Origin: an uncultured Gammaproteobacteria bacterium
GTDB taxonomy: Bacteria; Pseudomonadota; Gammaproteobacteria; Thiohalorhabdales; CAYUWI01
Length of the DNA: 45,506 bases
NCBI GenBank assembly: GCA_964448275.1
Contig: CAYUWI010000003.1
Span: forward strand, 1 to 45,506
Direction: 5' to 3'
Each line of letters begins with the position of its first letter. The stretch's first letter is position 1. Both the position numbers and the translations under genes were made by a program. Positions 1 through 10,600 of the stretch are shown here, piece by piece. The notes under the pieces are model-generated. The model was not told the DNA's origin, searched no databases, and saw only the letters and a program-made list of their open reading frames with translations.

Positions 1-236
1 AAATGGTCGGCCCAGCTGATCACTTCCTGTGCCTGCCGAATCGGCTCAGGCGGCACGCCCTCTTCGAAATCTTCCTTGCTTCGCAACAGTGGGAAGTCTA
101 GCTTGGCGATCTCGACACACTCGACCTCGTGCCCTGCCCCCTGCGCCCCTTCCCTGTAGGCGTGCGCAAGCTTGTGCCCGAAGTGGGCACCCTTAGGATC
201 AGGATGACCTTGGATGATGGCGATCCGTTTGCCCAC
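1..236 (-). CDS. NAD(P)H-dependent oxidoreductase, flavodoxin-like fold (5' part; truncated by window edge; absent from ORF track)
   Basis: Manual translation from GTG at 236: MGKRIAIIQGHPDPKGAHFGHKLAHAYREGAQGAGHEVECVEIAKLDFPLLRSKEDFEEG...IRQAQEVISWADH. GHP motif and WADH are typical of the Flavodoxin_2 family. GAGGT RBS upstream. Confidence 0.85.
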   Translation of the reverse strand, partial: MGKRIAIIQGHPDPKGAHFGHKLAHAYREGAQGAGHEVECVEIAKLDFPLLRSKEDFEEGVPPEPIRQAQEVISWADH

Positions 237-239
237 AGG

Positions 240-458
240 CTAATACCTCAAAGAGAGCACGTGTGCTCGACAACCTTTGTAGTCGAGATCCGTCTCGATA
301 TCACCATCTAGCCAACATTGAGGTCCCGGACCCACCTGTTGTTTATAATCGTCTACGGTGGCATCAAGAGCTAGGAGAGAGCAAAGCCCAAATGAGAGGC
401 AGGAGCTGCTCGGCGTTTTGATCTCGATCAGGTCACCTTCACACCTAGGGCACCGCAT
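240..458 (-). CDS. Small Cys-rich protein, possibly a degenerate TFIIB-type zinc ribbon
   Basis: Starts MRCPRCEGDL, with later PQCWLD resembling the CxxC..WLD half of zf-TFIIB. Co-oriented with neighbours, stop 3 bp from the next start. Second Cys pair incomplete. Confidence 0.4.
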   Translation of the reverse strand: MRCPRCEGDLIEIKTPSSSCLSFGLCSLLALDATVDDYKQQVGPGPQCWLDGDIETDLDYKGCRAHVLSLRY

Positions 459-500
459 CCGGGTTCTTCCATCACCATTACTTTGATTTGGCTCGGAGTC

Positions 501-920
501 TTAAGGCTCTCCAGTGCGCCTTCCGAGCCACTCGAGGAGCGCTTGGGAGAGGACCGCTACGGTAATACCCACAAACAAGCCTCCCACAAGATCCTGGAGC
601 AGAGGGTAGCGGTACTGACCCGGGTGCTCGAAGATTTCCAGGACCCCAAGGATCCATCTCAAGACACCCAAAAGGCTACCGGCGATCACCCCCCCTATAA
701 TGACTACAACCCTCTTTCCTGCTAGATCCTCACCAAGTTGCTTCGGATTGCCCAGGCGCCGATATACGGCCTCACCCATCCAATAAAGCCCTTGCCATAG
801 ATCGCCGACTATCCCACCCGCTTTTACCTTCTGCCCACAGTAAGGGCACTTTTCCTTGGCAGGGGCAACCTCCTTACCACAGGATCGGCATAGGCTCCTC
901 CGACTTCCCCCCTCAACCAT
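501..920 (-). CDS. Zinc-ribbon membrane protein (hypothetical)
   Basis: CRSCG...CPYCG at the N-terminus, two hydrophobic C-terminal segments, AGGAG RBS. Confidence 0.7.
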   Translation of the reverse strand: MVEGGSRRSLCRSCGKEVAPAKEKCPYCGQKVKAGGIVGDLWQGLYWMGEAVYRRLGNPKQLGEDLAGKRVVVIIGGVIAGSLLGVLRWILGVLEIFEHPGQYRYPLLQDLVGGLFVGITVAVLSQALLEWLGRRTGEP

Positions 921-1017
921 AACTTCTCCTTCATACTGTTACTGTTAGCCATCCAAGCACAACGAAAGCGACAGAATGCAGTCTGATGCCCTTCTCAAGA
1001 CCGCCGCCCAACCTTCA

Positions 1018-1656
1018 TTACTTGTCTTGCGACCCAGACCGCCTCAAGGCCGAATAGCTCACTGGGGAGCTCTCAAAGAGGGCACGCAGCATGAGGTGGG
1101 TGGGGAGGTAGACCAGCATGAAGATCGAACCCATAAGAAAGACCAGGTAAAGAAAGGGGTGGAGCTGGGTCTGGGGGTCCTCAAGGCCAAAAGCCCAATT
1201 GATATTGGTGGCAGGATCTGTCGCAATGTAGCAGACGAGAAGGACAACCCACATCAGTAGGCTCTGTGCAAGCAGCGCCCGACGATCATAACCGAGCCGC
1301 CTCAGCAAGAAGAGGTGGAGGAACGGCAGTACCAGGTGGTACAGCGAGAGTTGGCGTATATAGAACGGGATGCTCGAATCGAACATATAATCCACCATAC
1401 CGAAGACATGGCCGCCAGTGAGGAAGTCAAGGTTCCAGCCCAGCAGAAACAGTAGCATGCCCACGGCCATCATGCTGTTCAGCAACCGGCTCTCAAGCCA
1501 GAGGGCAGGTAGGAGAACGAGGAGATCGATATCACAGAACCACAGGAAATTGGTCAGTCCGTAGCCACGCCAATAGATGGGCACCAAGAGACACAGAAAC
1601 AGTGTATAAATGAGCTTGATTGGCAGGGGTATAGCGGTAGCGAGTTGGCTTTCCAT
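1018..1656 (-). CDS. Conserved-looking multi-pass membrane protein (hypothetical)
   Basis: About 6 hydrophobic segments, YG.TNFLWFCDI and NINWAFG motifs, purine-rich RBS. Confidence 0.75.
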   Translation of the reverse strand: MESQLATAIPLPIKLIYTLFLCLLVPIYWRGYGLTNFLWFCDIDLLVLLPALWLESRLLNSMMAVGMLLFLLGWNLDFLTGGHVFGMVDYMFDSSIPFYIRQLSLYHLVLPFLHLFLLRRLGYDRRALLAQSLLMWVVLLVCYIATDPATNINWAFGLEDPQTQLHPFLYLVFLMGSIFMLVYLPTHLMLRALFESSPVSYSALRRSGSQDK

Positions 1657-1771
1657 CCCTTCCCCTTTGGGGTCCCACTCAGGAAGCTATCTCGGGAAGA
1701 CAATTGGACGCCTGTTTGATCAAGGTACTGGAGGGCGAACTCCGGAGACAACCCATACCAGCTTATGCCGC

Positions 1772-2950
1772 TTAAGAGGTAGAATCCCCCACTCGGATCA
1801 AGTACTCTAGCTCGTTGCTCCACGCCTCGAGTGCGCAGCGCTTCTCCTCATGGTAACCGTAGCGGTTATACACCGCTGCTACACCACTGATCATCCCGCT
1901 GGCATGGTTGAGGACCTTTTCTGTAATGTGTGGCTCAATCCCAAGCTCAGCCATGCCCGTCGCTGCCGTACGCCGCAGATCGTGGATACGCCAGTCGGCC
2001 ACGTGGGAGAGTGCATCCACTTTCCGTTTGGCACGGAGATACCCAGAGCGTGCTACTGGTCGTTCTCCTCCGGAGCTCGTGAAGACGTAGGGGCCCGGAA
2101 ACCGCGGGAGAGCCTCTAAGATCCCCACAGCCAAGGAGGGAAGGGGTACCTCATGGCCTCGACCTGACTTGGTATCGGGGATCGTCCAGGTCCAATCTGC
2201 GAGATCGTTCCAGCGCATCTGCCCGGCCTCACCCAAACGTTGGCCCGTGATGAGAAGGAACTGGAAGAGTGGACCAAAGGGATAGCCAACCTCTTCACAT
2301 GCCCGCCAGACCGCTCGAATCTCAGAGCCGCTCAGGACCCGTTCACGCCTTGTCTCTCGCCCTGGAGCCCTAACCCCGGCGGCTGGAGAGGCCTCCACGA
2401 TCCCTCGTTCAAGGCACCAGTTGAAAAACCTTCGGATCATGGCCAGCAGCCGATTAGCGGCATAGGGGGTGCCACGGTCCATCACTTGGTCCAATCGCTC
2501 CAAAACATGGCGTCGGGAAATCTCTGTCACCCGCCAGGCTCCCCAAACTGGGACTAGTTCACGCTGGATAGTCCGCTCGACGCTTCGCCAGGTCTTGAGT
2601 TGGTGTTTGGCATACCTCTGGAGGAACTGCTCCGCGACAGCCTCGAAGGTATCAGAGGGTCGCTCCCGGGCAGCCCGCTTCTCGTCTGCGGGATCGATAC
2701 CCTGTTCCACCTTCTTTAGGGCCTCACGGGCCATCACTCGGGCCTCGGCCAACCCGAGGGTTGGATAGCTGCCCAGGGTTAGCCGCCGTTGGTGGCCCCG
2801 GTACCGATAGAACACAACCCACGACCTGCTCCCTCGCGCAGTGATCCGCAGTGCGAAGGCGGGGAAGTTCTGATCAAAATACTCGACCCGGCCCTCGGCA
2901 GGTGTCCCGAGTCGCTCCACGACGGCGGTAGTCAACTTCATCTTGGGCAT
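1772..2950 (-). CDS. Tyrosine recombinase/integrase, P4-like with N-terminal arm-binding domain
   Basis: Arm-domain signature (LRIT..GSRSWVVFYR...RRLTLGSYP.LGLAEAR). Catalytic R (TGQR), K (DTKSG), HDLRR, H (VLNH) and Y (VYNRY) all present. Confidence 0.93.
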   Translation of the reverse strand: MPKMKLTTAVVERLGTPAEGRVEYFDQNFPAFALRITARGSRSWVVFYRYRGHQRRLTLGSYPTLGLAEARVMAREALKKVEQGIDPADEKRAARERPSDTFEAVAEQFLQRYAKHQLKTWRSVERTIQRELVPVWGAWRVTEISRRHVLERLDQVMDRGTPYAANRLLAMIRRFFNWCLERGIVEASPAAGVRAPGRETRRERVLSGSEIRAVWRACEEVGYPFGPLFQFLLITGQRLGEAGQMRWNDLADWTWTIPDTKSGRGHEVPLPSLAVGILEALPRFPGPYVFTSSGGERPVARSGYLRAKRKVDALSHVADWRIHDLRRTAATGMAELGIEPHITEKVLNHASGMISGVAAVYNRYGYHEEKRCALEAWSNELEYLIRVGDSTS

Positions 2951-3055
2951 CGCTTAGGGACCCTTGACAGGCGACCGTGGTACAGGTTGATTATGCACGG
3001 GTGTCCATGTATATGGTCGGATATGAGCCCTTCTCTAAATAAAGGTGGTCCCATT

Positions 3056-4120
3056 ATGTTCGAAGCCACCTCCAATGCAGTACTCGGGCCCCGAATCGTC
3101 GATCCAAGGTATATCCTCGAGCCCTTTGAGCCAGCCTATATGGCGCTCTACCGTTCGGGGGAGCTCGAAGCGCGCGCCGCCTCTGCCCTTAATGAACTCG
3201 AAGACTGCTGCGCATGTCCGCGGAATTGCCACGTCAATCGCCTTGAGATGGTGGACACCGAGCAGTCGAGTGGCAACCACACGGGACGAAAGCCAGTCTG
3301 CCACACCGGTCGCTACGCCCGAGTGGCAAGTGTTTTCCCCCACTTTGGCGAGGAGGACTGCCTGCGCGGGTGGCAGGGTTCCGGGACGATCTTCTTCAGT
3401 CTCTGCAACCTCCGCTGTGTGTTTTGTCAGAATTGGGACATCAGCCAAGCGCCCGAAGGGCGCGAGTCCACCGCCGACGAGCTCGCCGAGATAATGTTGG
3501 AGCTCCAGGAGCGTGGGTGTCACAATATCAACTTCGTGACCCCCGAGCATGTCGCTCCCCAGGTCATTGAGGCCGTAGCAGCAGCTGTCCCGCGAGGGCT
3601 CAGGCTCCCCATCGTCTACAACACCAGCGCCTACGACGCAATCGACTCGCTTAGGCTGCTCGACGGCATCGTCGACATCTATATGCCCGACTTTAAGTTC
3701 TGGAACCGTGAGAGTGCCCGCCGCCTCGCCAAGGCCAAGGACTACCCTGAGAGGGCCCGAGAAGTGATCGCAGAGATGCATCGGCAGGTCGGCGTACTCC
3801 GCTTTGGCCCCGACGGGCTTGCCCGCCGGGGGCTTCTGGTCCGCCACCTCGTGATGCCTGGCCAGACAGAGGAGGCCACTGCAGTCTGCCGGTGGCTGGC
3901 CGAAGAGCTCTCTCCGGACACCTACATTGACCTGATGGAACAGTACTTCCCGACCTATCAGGTTGGTGAACGCGATAAGGGCGGTGCGTCTCGGTATACC
4001 GACCTCACTCGCCAACCGGACTTCACCGAGCTCCTGGAAGTCCATACGGCGGCCCGGAATGCGGGGCTGTGGCGATTCGACCGGCGCTGGAGTGAGGCCG
4101 CTCGCCACCTTGTCGCCTAA
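3056..4120 (+). CDS. Radical SAM protein, PflX-like (putative PFL-activating enzyme family)
   Basis: CNLRCVFC motif, N-terminal CCACPRNC, HFGEEDCLRG..GSGTIFF, HNINFVTP, DIYMPDFK. Start moved to ATG 3056 (AAAGGTGG RBS) because the longer ORF overlaps the integrase. Confidence 0.9.
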   Translation: MFEATSNAVLGPRIVDPRYILEPFEPAYMALYRSGELEARAASALNELEDCCACPRNCHVNRLEMVDTEQSSGNHTGRKPVCHTGRYARVASVFPHFGEEDCLRGWQGSGTIFFSLCNLRCVFCQNWDISQAPEGRESTADELAEIMLELQERGCHNINFVTPEHVAPQVIEAVAAAVPRGLRLPIVYNTSAYDAIDSLRLLDGIVDIYMPDFKFWNRESARRLAKAKDYPERAREVIAEMHRQVGVLRFGPDGLARRGLLVRHLVMPGQTEEATAVCRWLAEELSPDTYIDLMEQYFPTYQVGERDKGGASRYTDLTRQPDFTELLEVHTAARNAGLWRFDRRWSEAARHLVA

Positions 4121-4196
4121 TCACCCGGACCTCACCAATAAAGAGTTCCGAAGGGGACGGGCGCGCACCTTAATCCCTTCCTGTAGGTAGAGGCCG

Positions 4197-5687
4197 ATGC
4201 CATACATCCTTGCCCTCGATCAGGGAACGACCAGCTCCCGGGCCATCGTCTTCGACCACGCCGGTACCGTTCAGGCCTTGGCCCAACAAGAGCTCCAGGC
4301 GCTCTTCCCCCACCCTGGCTGGATAGAACAAGATCCGCACGCAATCTGGTCTTCTCAGCTCGAAGTCACCAATGCAGCCCTTGCAAAGGCAGGGCTATCC
4401 TCCAATGATATTGCCGCGATCGGCATAACCAACCAGCGCGAAACCACCCTCATCTGGGAACGGCAGAGCGGCCGTCCGATCTATAATGCCATTGTTTGGC
4501 AAGATCGCCGTGCAGCCGGGATCTGCCATCAGCTCCAACAGGAAGGTCTCGGACCCTATTTCCGCGAGAGGACCGGTCTTGTACTCGATCCCTATTTCTC
4601 GGGAACGAAGGTACGCTGGCTCCTCGACAACGTCACCGGGGCTCGGACCCAAGCAGAAGATGGGGCACTTGCCTTCGGCACAGTGGACTCTTGGCTCCTG
4701 TGGCACCTCACCCAGGGTGAGTACCATCTGACCGATGCCACCAATGCCTCCCGGACGCTACTCTACAATATCCATACAGGCGATTGGGATGAAGACCTCC
4801 TCGAGCGACTCCAAATCCCCCGGAGCCTCCTCCCAGAGGTGAAGGGCTCCAGCGAACTCTATGCCACCACTACGCTCGGTTCTATGCCCGACCCGATCCC
4901 AATCGCAGGGGTCGCCGGTGATCAGCACGCCGCCCTCTTCGGGCAGGCCTGCACTGCGCGTGGTATGGGCAAGAATACCTACGGCACGGGCTGTTTCCTG
5001 TTGATGTATACGGGGGCCGAACCGATGATTGGCTCCCGCCACAACCTCTTAACGACCTTGGCATGGCAGATGGATGGCAAGAACGAGTATGCACTCGAGG
5101 GGAGCGTCTTCACCGCTGGGGCAGTGGTGCAGTGGCTACGCGATGGCCTCGGGTTGATCCGCTCAGCTACCGAGGTCGAAAGGCTCGCAGCGCAGGTACC
5201 AGATAACGGTGGCGTGTATCTGGTACCGGCATTCACCGGGCTTGGGGCCCCCCATTGGGATCCCCATGCCCGTGGCACGATCATCGGATTGACTCAAGGG
5301 AGCACTGCTAGCCACCTCGCCCGAGCTGCCCTTGAGGCGATCGCCTATCAGACAACCGATGTCCTGCGCGCCATGGAGGCCGATGCGGATATTCGGATAG
5401 CCGAGTTAAGGGTTGACGGCGGTGCAACGGCCAACGAGTTGCTCATGCAGTTCCAAGCCGATCTTTTGGGGGTCCCCGTGATCCGTCCCCGAGTCCTCGA
5501 GACCACTGCCCTGGGCGCCGCCTTCCTCGCCGGGCTAGCAGTGGGTTATTGGCGAGATCGTTCAGAGCTTGCAGTACTCTGGGAAGCGGAACGGGTGTTC
5601 GAGCCACAGCTTTCCCCAGAGCGAGTTACCCCCCTACTCTCTGGCTGGCAACGTGCCCTCGAGCGGGCCAAAGGGTGGACGAGCTAA
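4197..5687 (+). CDS. glpK: Glycerol kinase
   Basis: [64 protein letters not shown]. Confidence 0.96.
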   Translation: MPYILALDQGTTSSRAIVFDHAGTVQALAQQELQALFPHPGWIEQDPHAIWSSQLEVTNAALAKAGLSSNDIAAIGITNQRETTLIWERQSGRPIYNAIVWQDRRAAGICHQLQQEGLGPYFRERTGLVLDPYFSGTKVRWLLDNVTGARTQAEDGALAFGTVDSWLLWHLTQGEYHLTDATNASRTLLYNIHTGDWDEDLLERLQIPRSLLPEVKGSSELYATTTLGSMPDPIPIAGVAGDQHAALFGQACTARGMGKNTYGTGCFLLMYTGAEPMIGSRHNLLTTLAWQMDGKNEYALEGSVFTAGAVVQWLRDGLGLIRSATEVERLAAQVPDNGGVYLVPAFTGLGAPHWDPHARGTIIGLTQGSTASHLARAALEAIAYQTTDVLRAMEADADIRIAELRVDGGATANELLMQFQADLLGVPVIRPRVLETTALGAAFLAGLAVGYWRDRSELAVLWEAERVFEPQLSPERVTPLLSGWQRALERAKGWTS

Positions 5688-6772
5688 GCCGGGTGGCGGC
5701 GGCGAAAGTCTTCCATAAACTCGGTTAACCTGACGACCCCCTCAACCGGCATTGCGTGGTAGAGGCTCGCTCGACACCCCCCAACACTCCTGTGGCCCTT
5801 CAAGCTGACCAAGCCAGCCTCCTCAGCCTCTTCCAAGAACTTGGCCTCAAGCTCCTCACTCGGTAGCCGAAACACGACGTTCATCCGCGAACGGTCCCTC
5901 TCCACGACTGGAGTGCTATAGTAGCCGCCACTGCTCTCGATGAGCTTGTAGAGGAGCCCAGCCTTGTGCTCGGCCTCCTGTTCGACGGCCCGTAGTCCCC
6001 CCTTCCGTTTGATCCATTTCAAGACCTTGCCAAGCACATAGATCTGGAACATCGGGGGGGTATTGCGCAGTGAGCGCTTCTCGGCGTGTACTGGATAGCG
6101 TAAGTAGGTGGGAAGCTCCTCGTTCATCCCAGCCAGGCTGGATTGCCGAACAAAGACGACCGCTACACCTGCCGGCCCCAAGTTCTTCTGGGCACCCCCG
6201 TAGATAAGATCGAAGTGCTCCCAGGGAATGGGACGCGCCATATACTCTGAGGAGACATCCGCGACGAGTGGTATGTCGACATCAGGCCACTCAGAGTAAC
6301 GGATCCCCTCGATGGTCTCGTTTGAGGTAATGTGGAGATAGCGCGTCCCGGGACGGAGTTCGATCTCCTCGGTCGTCGGCATCCGGGTATAACCCTCCTC
6401 TCCTCCATCCCAAGCGATATAGGTGAGACCACACGACTTGGCATCATTGATCGCTTGCTTGGCCCAGGCGCCAGAGCAGATATAGGCCGCTTGCTGACCT
6501 TCCGTTAGGAGATTCATCGGAACCATGCCAAATTGCAGGGTGGCCCCACCTTGCAGGAAAAGCACCTCAAATTCCGGCGGCGCCTCGAACACCTCGGTGG
6601 CGAGTGCCATCGCTTCATTGTGGACCGCCTCATAGGCCTCTCCACGATGGCTCATCTCGATCAAGGACATGCCGCTTCCTTTGTAGTCCACAAACTCCTG
6701 CTGAACCTCCTCGAGTACCTCGAGCGGTAGGGTGCAGGGTCCCGCACAAAAGTTATATATACGCTTGGCCAT
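5684..6772 (-). CDS. serC: Phosphoserine aminotransferase
   Basis: [36 protein letters not shown] (PLP Lys), [12 protein letters not shown]. Start set at MAKRIYNF. Confidence 0.96.
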   Translation of the reverse strand: MAKRIYNFCAGPCTLPLEVLEEVQQEFVDYKGSGMSLIEMSHRGEAYEAVHNEAMALATEVFEAPPEFEVLFLQGGATLQFGMVPMNLLTEGQQAAYICSGAWAKQAINDAKSCGLTYIAWDGGEEGYTRMPTTEEIELRPGTRYLHITSNETIEGIRYSEWPDVDIPLVADVSSEYMARPIPWEHFDLIYGGAQKNLGPAGVAVVFVRQSSLAGMNEELPTYLRYPVHAEKRSLRNTPPMFQIYVLGKVLKWIKRKGGLRAVEQEAEHKAGLLYKLIESSGGYYSTPVVERDRSRMNVVFRLPSEELEAKFLEEAEEAGLVSLKGHRSVGGCRASLYHAMPVEGVVRLTEFMEDFRRRHPA

Positions 6773-7041
6773 AAGGGTCCTTCTCCGTTGCTCTCCCTGG
6801 CTTCCGGGGCATCGGACCATGCCCCAGTAGCTGGGGTTGTTTCCTTAATATCCCGTATATTTTGATCGGGGTAAGCCCTCGGTTCGGGTTATCCACCACC
6901 TACCTCCGATCTCCCTCAATCTCCATGACAGAATTGCTCGGAATATCCTGAAGGCGGTGCATCGCGAAGTCGACCTAACCGACTGGGAAGGCTAAACCTT
7001 GTCAGCTTGCAGCAGGGAAGCTCAGCTCCGATAATAGGGTC

Positions 7042-7584
7042 ATGGTTGAGTCCGAACTCGGCAATTGCGGACCTCGCCGACGGATCATCCCTGAAGGGGA
7101 TGACCGGGTTCGTCTAACCTGTCCAGAGTGTGGCTACATTGCCTACGAAAACCCGAAACTGGTCGTGGGATCGGTGGGGGTTTGGGACTCGCAGATCTTG
7201 CTGTGTCGGCGCGCCATCCCGCCCCGCAAGGGCTATTGGACCCTGCCCGCAGGCTACCTCGAGCTCAATGAGACGACTGAACACGGGGCCAAACGCGAAG
7301 CTTGGGAGGAAGCACGTGCTCAGATCGAGCTTGAGTCCCTGTTGGCAATCTATAATGTGCAGAAGATCAGCCAGGTTCAGATCATCTACCGTGCCCACTT
7401 ACTCAACCCGGAGATCGCCTCGGGTCCCGAGTCGAGCGAGGTAGCCCTCTTCCAGTGGTCCGAGATCCCCTGGGATATTATCGCCTTTCCCACAGTCCGG
7501 TGGGCATTGCAGCAGTACCATTCAGTGCGCGATCGGTCCCTCTTCCCGGTAGGGTCCAACCTGGAGGAGGAGCCCTGGATCTAG
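7042..7584 (+). CDS. Nudix hydrolase with N-terminal zinc-ribbon segment (ADP-ribose/FAD pyrophosphatase-like)
   Basis: CPECGYIAYENPK and Nudix box GYLELNETTEHGAKREAWEEA. Confidence 0.9.
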   Translation: MVESELGNCGPRRRIIPEGDDRVRLTCPECGYIAYENPKLVVGSVGVWDSQILLCRRAIPPRKGYWTLPAGYLELNETTEHGAKREAWEEARAQIELESLLAIYNVQKISQVQIIYRAHLLNPEIASGPESSEVALFQWSEIPWDIIAFPTVRWALQQYHSVRDRSLFPVGSNLEEEPWI

Positions 7585-7617
7585 TCCTTCCCTGAAGCCC
7601 TTGTCAAGGCCTCACTG

Positions 7618-10600
7618 TCAAGCAGTTTCCAGATCCGCTTCCACATGCTCGGATAGATAGGACAACCAAAGGTCTGCGAGCTGGTCTGCGAGCCGGTTTT
7701 GGGTCTGGCGGTCCCAAAGATTCTCGAGATCGACTGAGAACAGGGGCTGGTCCTGTTCGGCGCAGGAGAACACCGCTCGGGTCCGCTGACCGGTGTACGG
7801 ATTGATCTGCCACTGCAGGCATTGGGCGCAGACCCCTTGGAGCATACACTGCATGGGGCTACCGACAGTGCCCATCACCTCTAGATCCCGTTTGAAGTAG
7901 TCCTGCAGCTCCCCTTGAAGGGCCCCTTGAAGGGCGCGTAGCAGCCCTGTCGAGCCCATCACCAACGCCTCATCGACCTCATCGAGGGAGATCTGGGGCC
8001 GACCAGATGACCCTAGCTCCTCCTCACCATAGCTCCGGAGCAACTCGACCACATTACCGCTGATAACGCTTACATCTTGGGGGCGGTTCGTGGAGACCGG
8101 CTCCCCACTTGCAGTGGCCCAAACGATCTGGTCAGTCGCGATCTCGAGCTGCTGCTGGCAGTACACCTCTCGGGCATTGCGGAAGGCCCCTATATAGAGG
8201 ACCCGATTACCAGCGGCCCGCAGGGCCGGTCCCAAAGCGAGCATAACGGCTGCCCCCCAGCGACCGGCGACCACCATGATGGTCTTACCATGTCCCATCT
8301 CAGTAGGTGCACCGGATGGCCCCATGAGTACCACCGGGTCACCAGGACGCAGCCGCGCTGCCAGGCGAGCGTATGCGCCGTTCTTTAGGATGAAGAGGCG
8401 GATCATATCCCCTTCCACGCCTGCTCCGCTGACCGTCTGCAGAGGGAGCTGCAAACGGGTTCCCCCGACGACCGGACTCAATTTCTCAAAGCTCTGGAGC
8501 CGGAAGAACTGCCCTGGGCGGAAGTTGCGTGCAGCGAGCGGTGCCCGCACTCGGAGCTCTACCACCGCCGGATGATCCGTCCGAACATCCTCAACCTGGG
8601 GTCGCAGCATATACTCCATGTGCTCCCTAAAGCGGGCATAATCTGCCTCATCTGCCTTGGCCGGCCCCTGATCATCAAGGGCCTCCATGATCTGGGGATA
8701 GCTCCGTGCGGCCGAGGCGATCGCCTTGACCACACTGCCCTGGAAGGCGGGGTGGGTATCCCCGATAAAGGTCATAAACCGCCCATTCTGGGCATAGGAA
8801 GTAAAGGGACCGAAGGTAGAGTCCTTACAATGCTGCGCTGGCTGCACGGCCTGAAGGTCGTAGTGGTGGTAGACGTGCGCCCGGAACTGGTTGCCATCCA
8901 AGGCAGCGGAACCGGGATGCTCGCGCTCGTAGATGATATTTGGAACGGTCCCGGCAGCCACCAAGATGCTGCGCGCCGGAAGACTCACATCTTCTGGAGT
9001 GAAGAGGGGATTGCCCTGGGCATCTTTTCGGCGGCGGCATTCGAGTCGCTTGACGTGACCATAATCATCCAGGATTGCATGCAGCGGCTCCAACCCCTGG
9101 ACGTAGAATATCCCCTCTTGTAGGGCCTTGATCACCTCTTCGTGGTTGCGTTGGTAGGCAGGGGATTCGTTCATACGCCGCCGATAGGCGATGGTGACCC
9201 CACCCCAGCTACGCAGCAGGGGGATAAAGTTCGGGGTCGCTCCGGCTGCATCTGCCCGTCGGCGCTCCTCACGGACAGCACGACCATGAGAAAGGAACTC
9301 CTCCAGGATACCGTGGTGCTCCTCATCGAGGCGCTGCGAGATCTCTTCCTCACCATAGACCTGCACAAGCCTCTCATAGCGCGTGAGGGCCTTTTCAACC
9401 TGGACGATATAGTAGGCCTGGAGCTCGGTTGCCGTATCGATCGCCGTCAGCCCACCCCCGATCACGACCGCCGGTAGGCGTACCTGGAGGTTGGCTAAGC
9501 TATCCGATTTGGCCGCCCCGGTGAGCTGTAGGGCCATTAGGAAATCATTGGCCTGACGCATCCCACGGGCCAGGCTGTTCCCCATCGGGATCACCTTGGG
9601 TAGGCCTGCCCCACTGGCGTTACATACATGGTGAAAGCCAAGCGACCAAGCGGCCTCTAAGGTAATTGTCCCGCCGAAGCGGACCCCCCCAAACACCTGG
9701 AAGGTCGGCCGCCGAAGTAGACTGAGGTAGATCAGCTTGAGAAAGTTCTTATCCCATCGAACCGTAATACCGTACTCAGCCACCCCCCCGAAGCCGTAAT
9801 TGGTGCGCTCATCTAAAGATTCCACCAGATCTTGATAGTGGCGCACTGGATGGGTCGACAGCCACTCAGGCAGAGGCTCAATCTTGAGCCCATCAATCCC
9901 CACCACCGCACATCCCTCCATCGTCAGATGGTGCGCCATGGTAAAACCGGCTGGTCCCATACCGGCGATCAAGACCTTGCGCCCATTATAGGGCTTCGGT
10001 AGGTATTGGCGGTGGCGGAGTGGATTCCACCGGGTGAGAAGATCATAGATCTCGACACCCCAAGGCAGATCCAGCACATCGGTGAGCACCCGGGTCTCGA
10101 TCTGTGGGATATTGACCGGGGTCTGCTTCTGATAGATGCATGACTTCATGCAGTCATTACAGATACGGTGTCCCGTTGAAGGCACCATGGGGTTGTCCAC
10201 CATCACCATGGCCAGGGCCGCCAAGGTATAGCCGTCCCGCTTGAGGACGTGCATCTCGGAGACCTTCTCATCTAAGGGGCAGCCATGGAGGATATTATTG
10301 TTCGGGCTGACCTTGAAGCCAAGTTCCGGTTTGCCCTTCTTCTCCGGGAAACCCCGCGAGCAGAAATCACCCTCGTGGTAGTGGCAGTAGACACAATAAT
10401 GGATTTCGTTTTGCACCTCGCGCGCCGACATGCGTGGATCAGTTAATCGGAAACCGTCCCGGCGCCGGAATTGACCTGGCTCCGCCTCCATTGGCTGCAT
10501 CGGATGCCCAGTATAGGTATAGACCGGGACGAGGTGGGATGGATCGACCCGTTCAGGGAGAGCGAAACTCATCCATCCGGCAGTCCGGCGTTGCCCTTCC

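Noticed and set aside
2888-2900. 13-bp match CCGGCCCTCGGCA to the tRNA-Leu 3' end (38524-38536), a possible att duplicate
   Set aside because: It lies inside the integrase arm-domain coding sequence (PAEGR), is GC-rich, and as a direct repeat would bracket essential genes (rpsA, gyrA, dnaB). Most likely coincidence.
2789-3055. N-terminal extension of the radical SAM ORF, and TTGACA at 2964-2969
   Set aside because: The extension overlaps the integrase on the other strand, and the TTGACA has no well-spaced -10 element.
3035-4108. 357-aa antisense ORF, and many other overlapping ORFs in the track
   Set aside because: Shadow frames of well-supported genes in GC-rich DNA, with no recognisable motifs.
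6889-6897. DnaA-box-like TTATCCACC
   Set aside because: A single 8/9 match, expected by chance.
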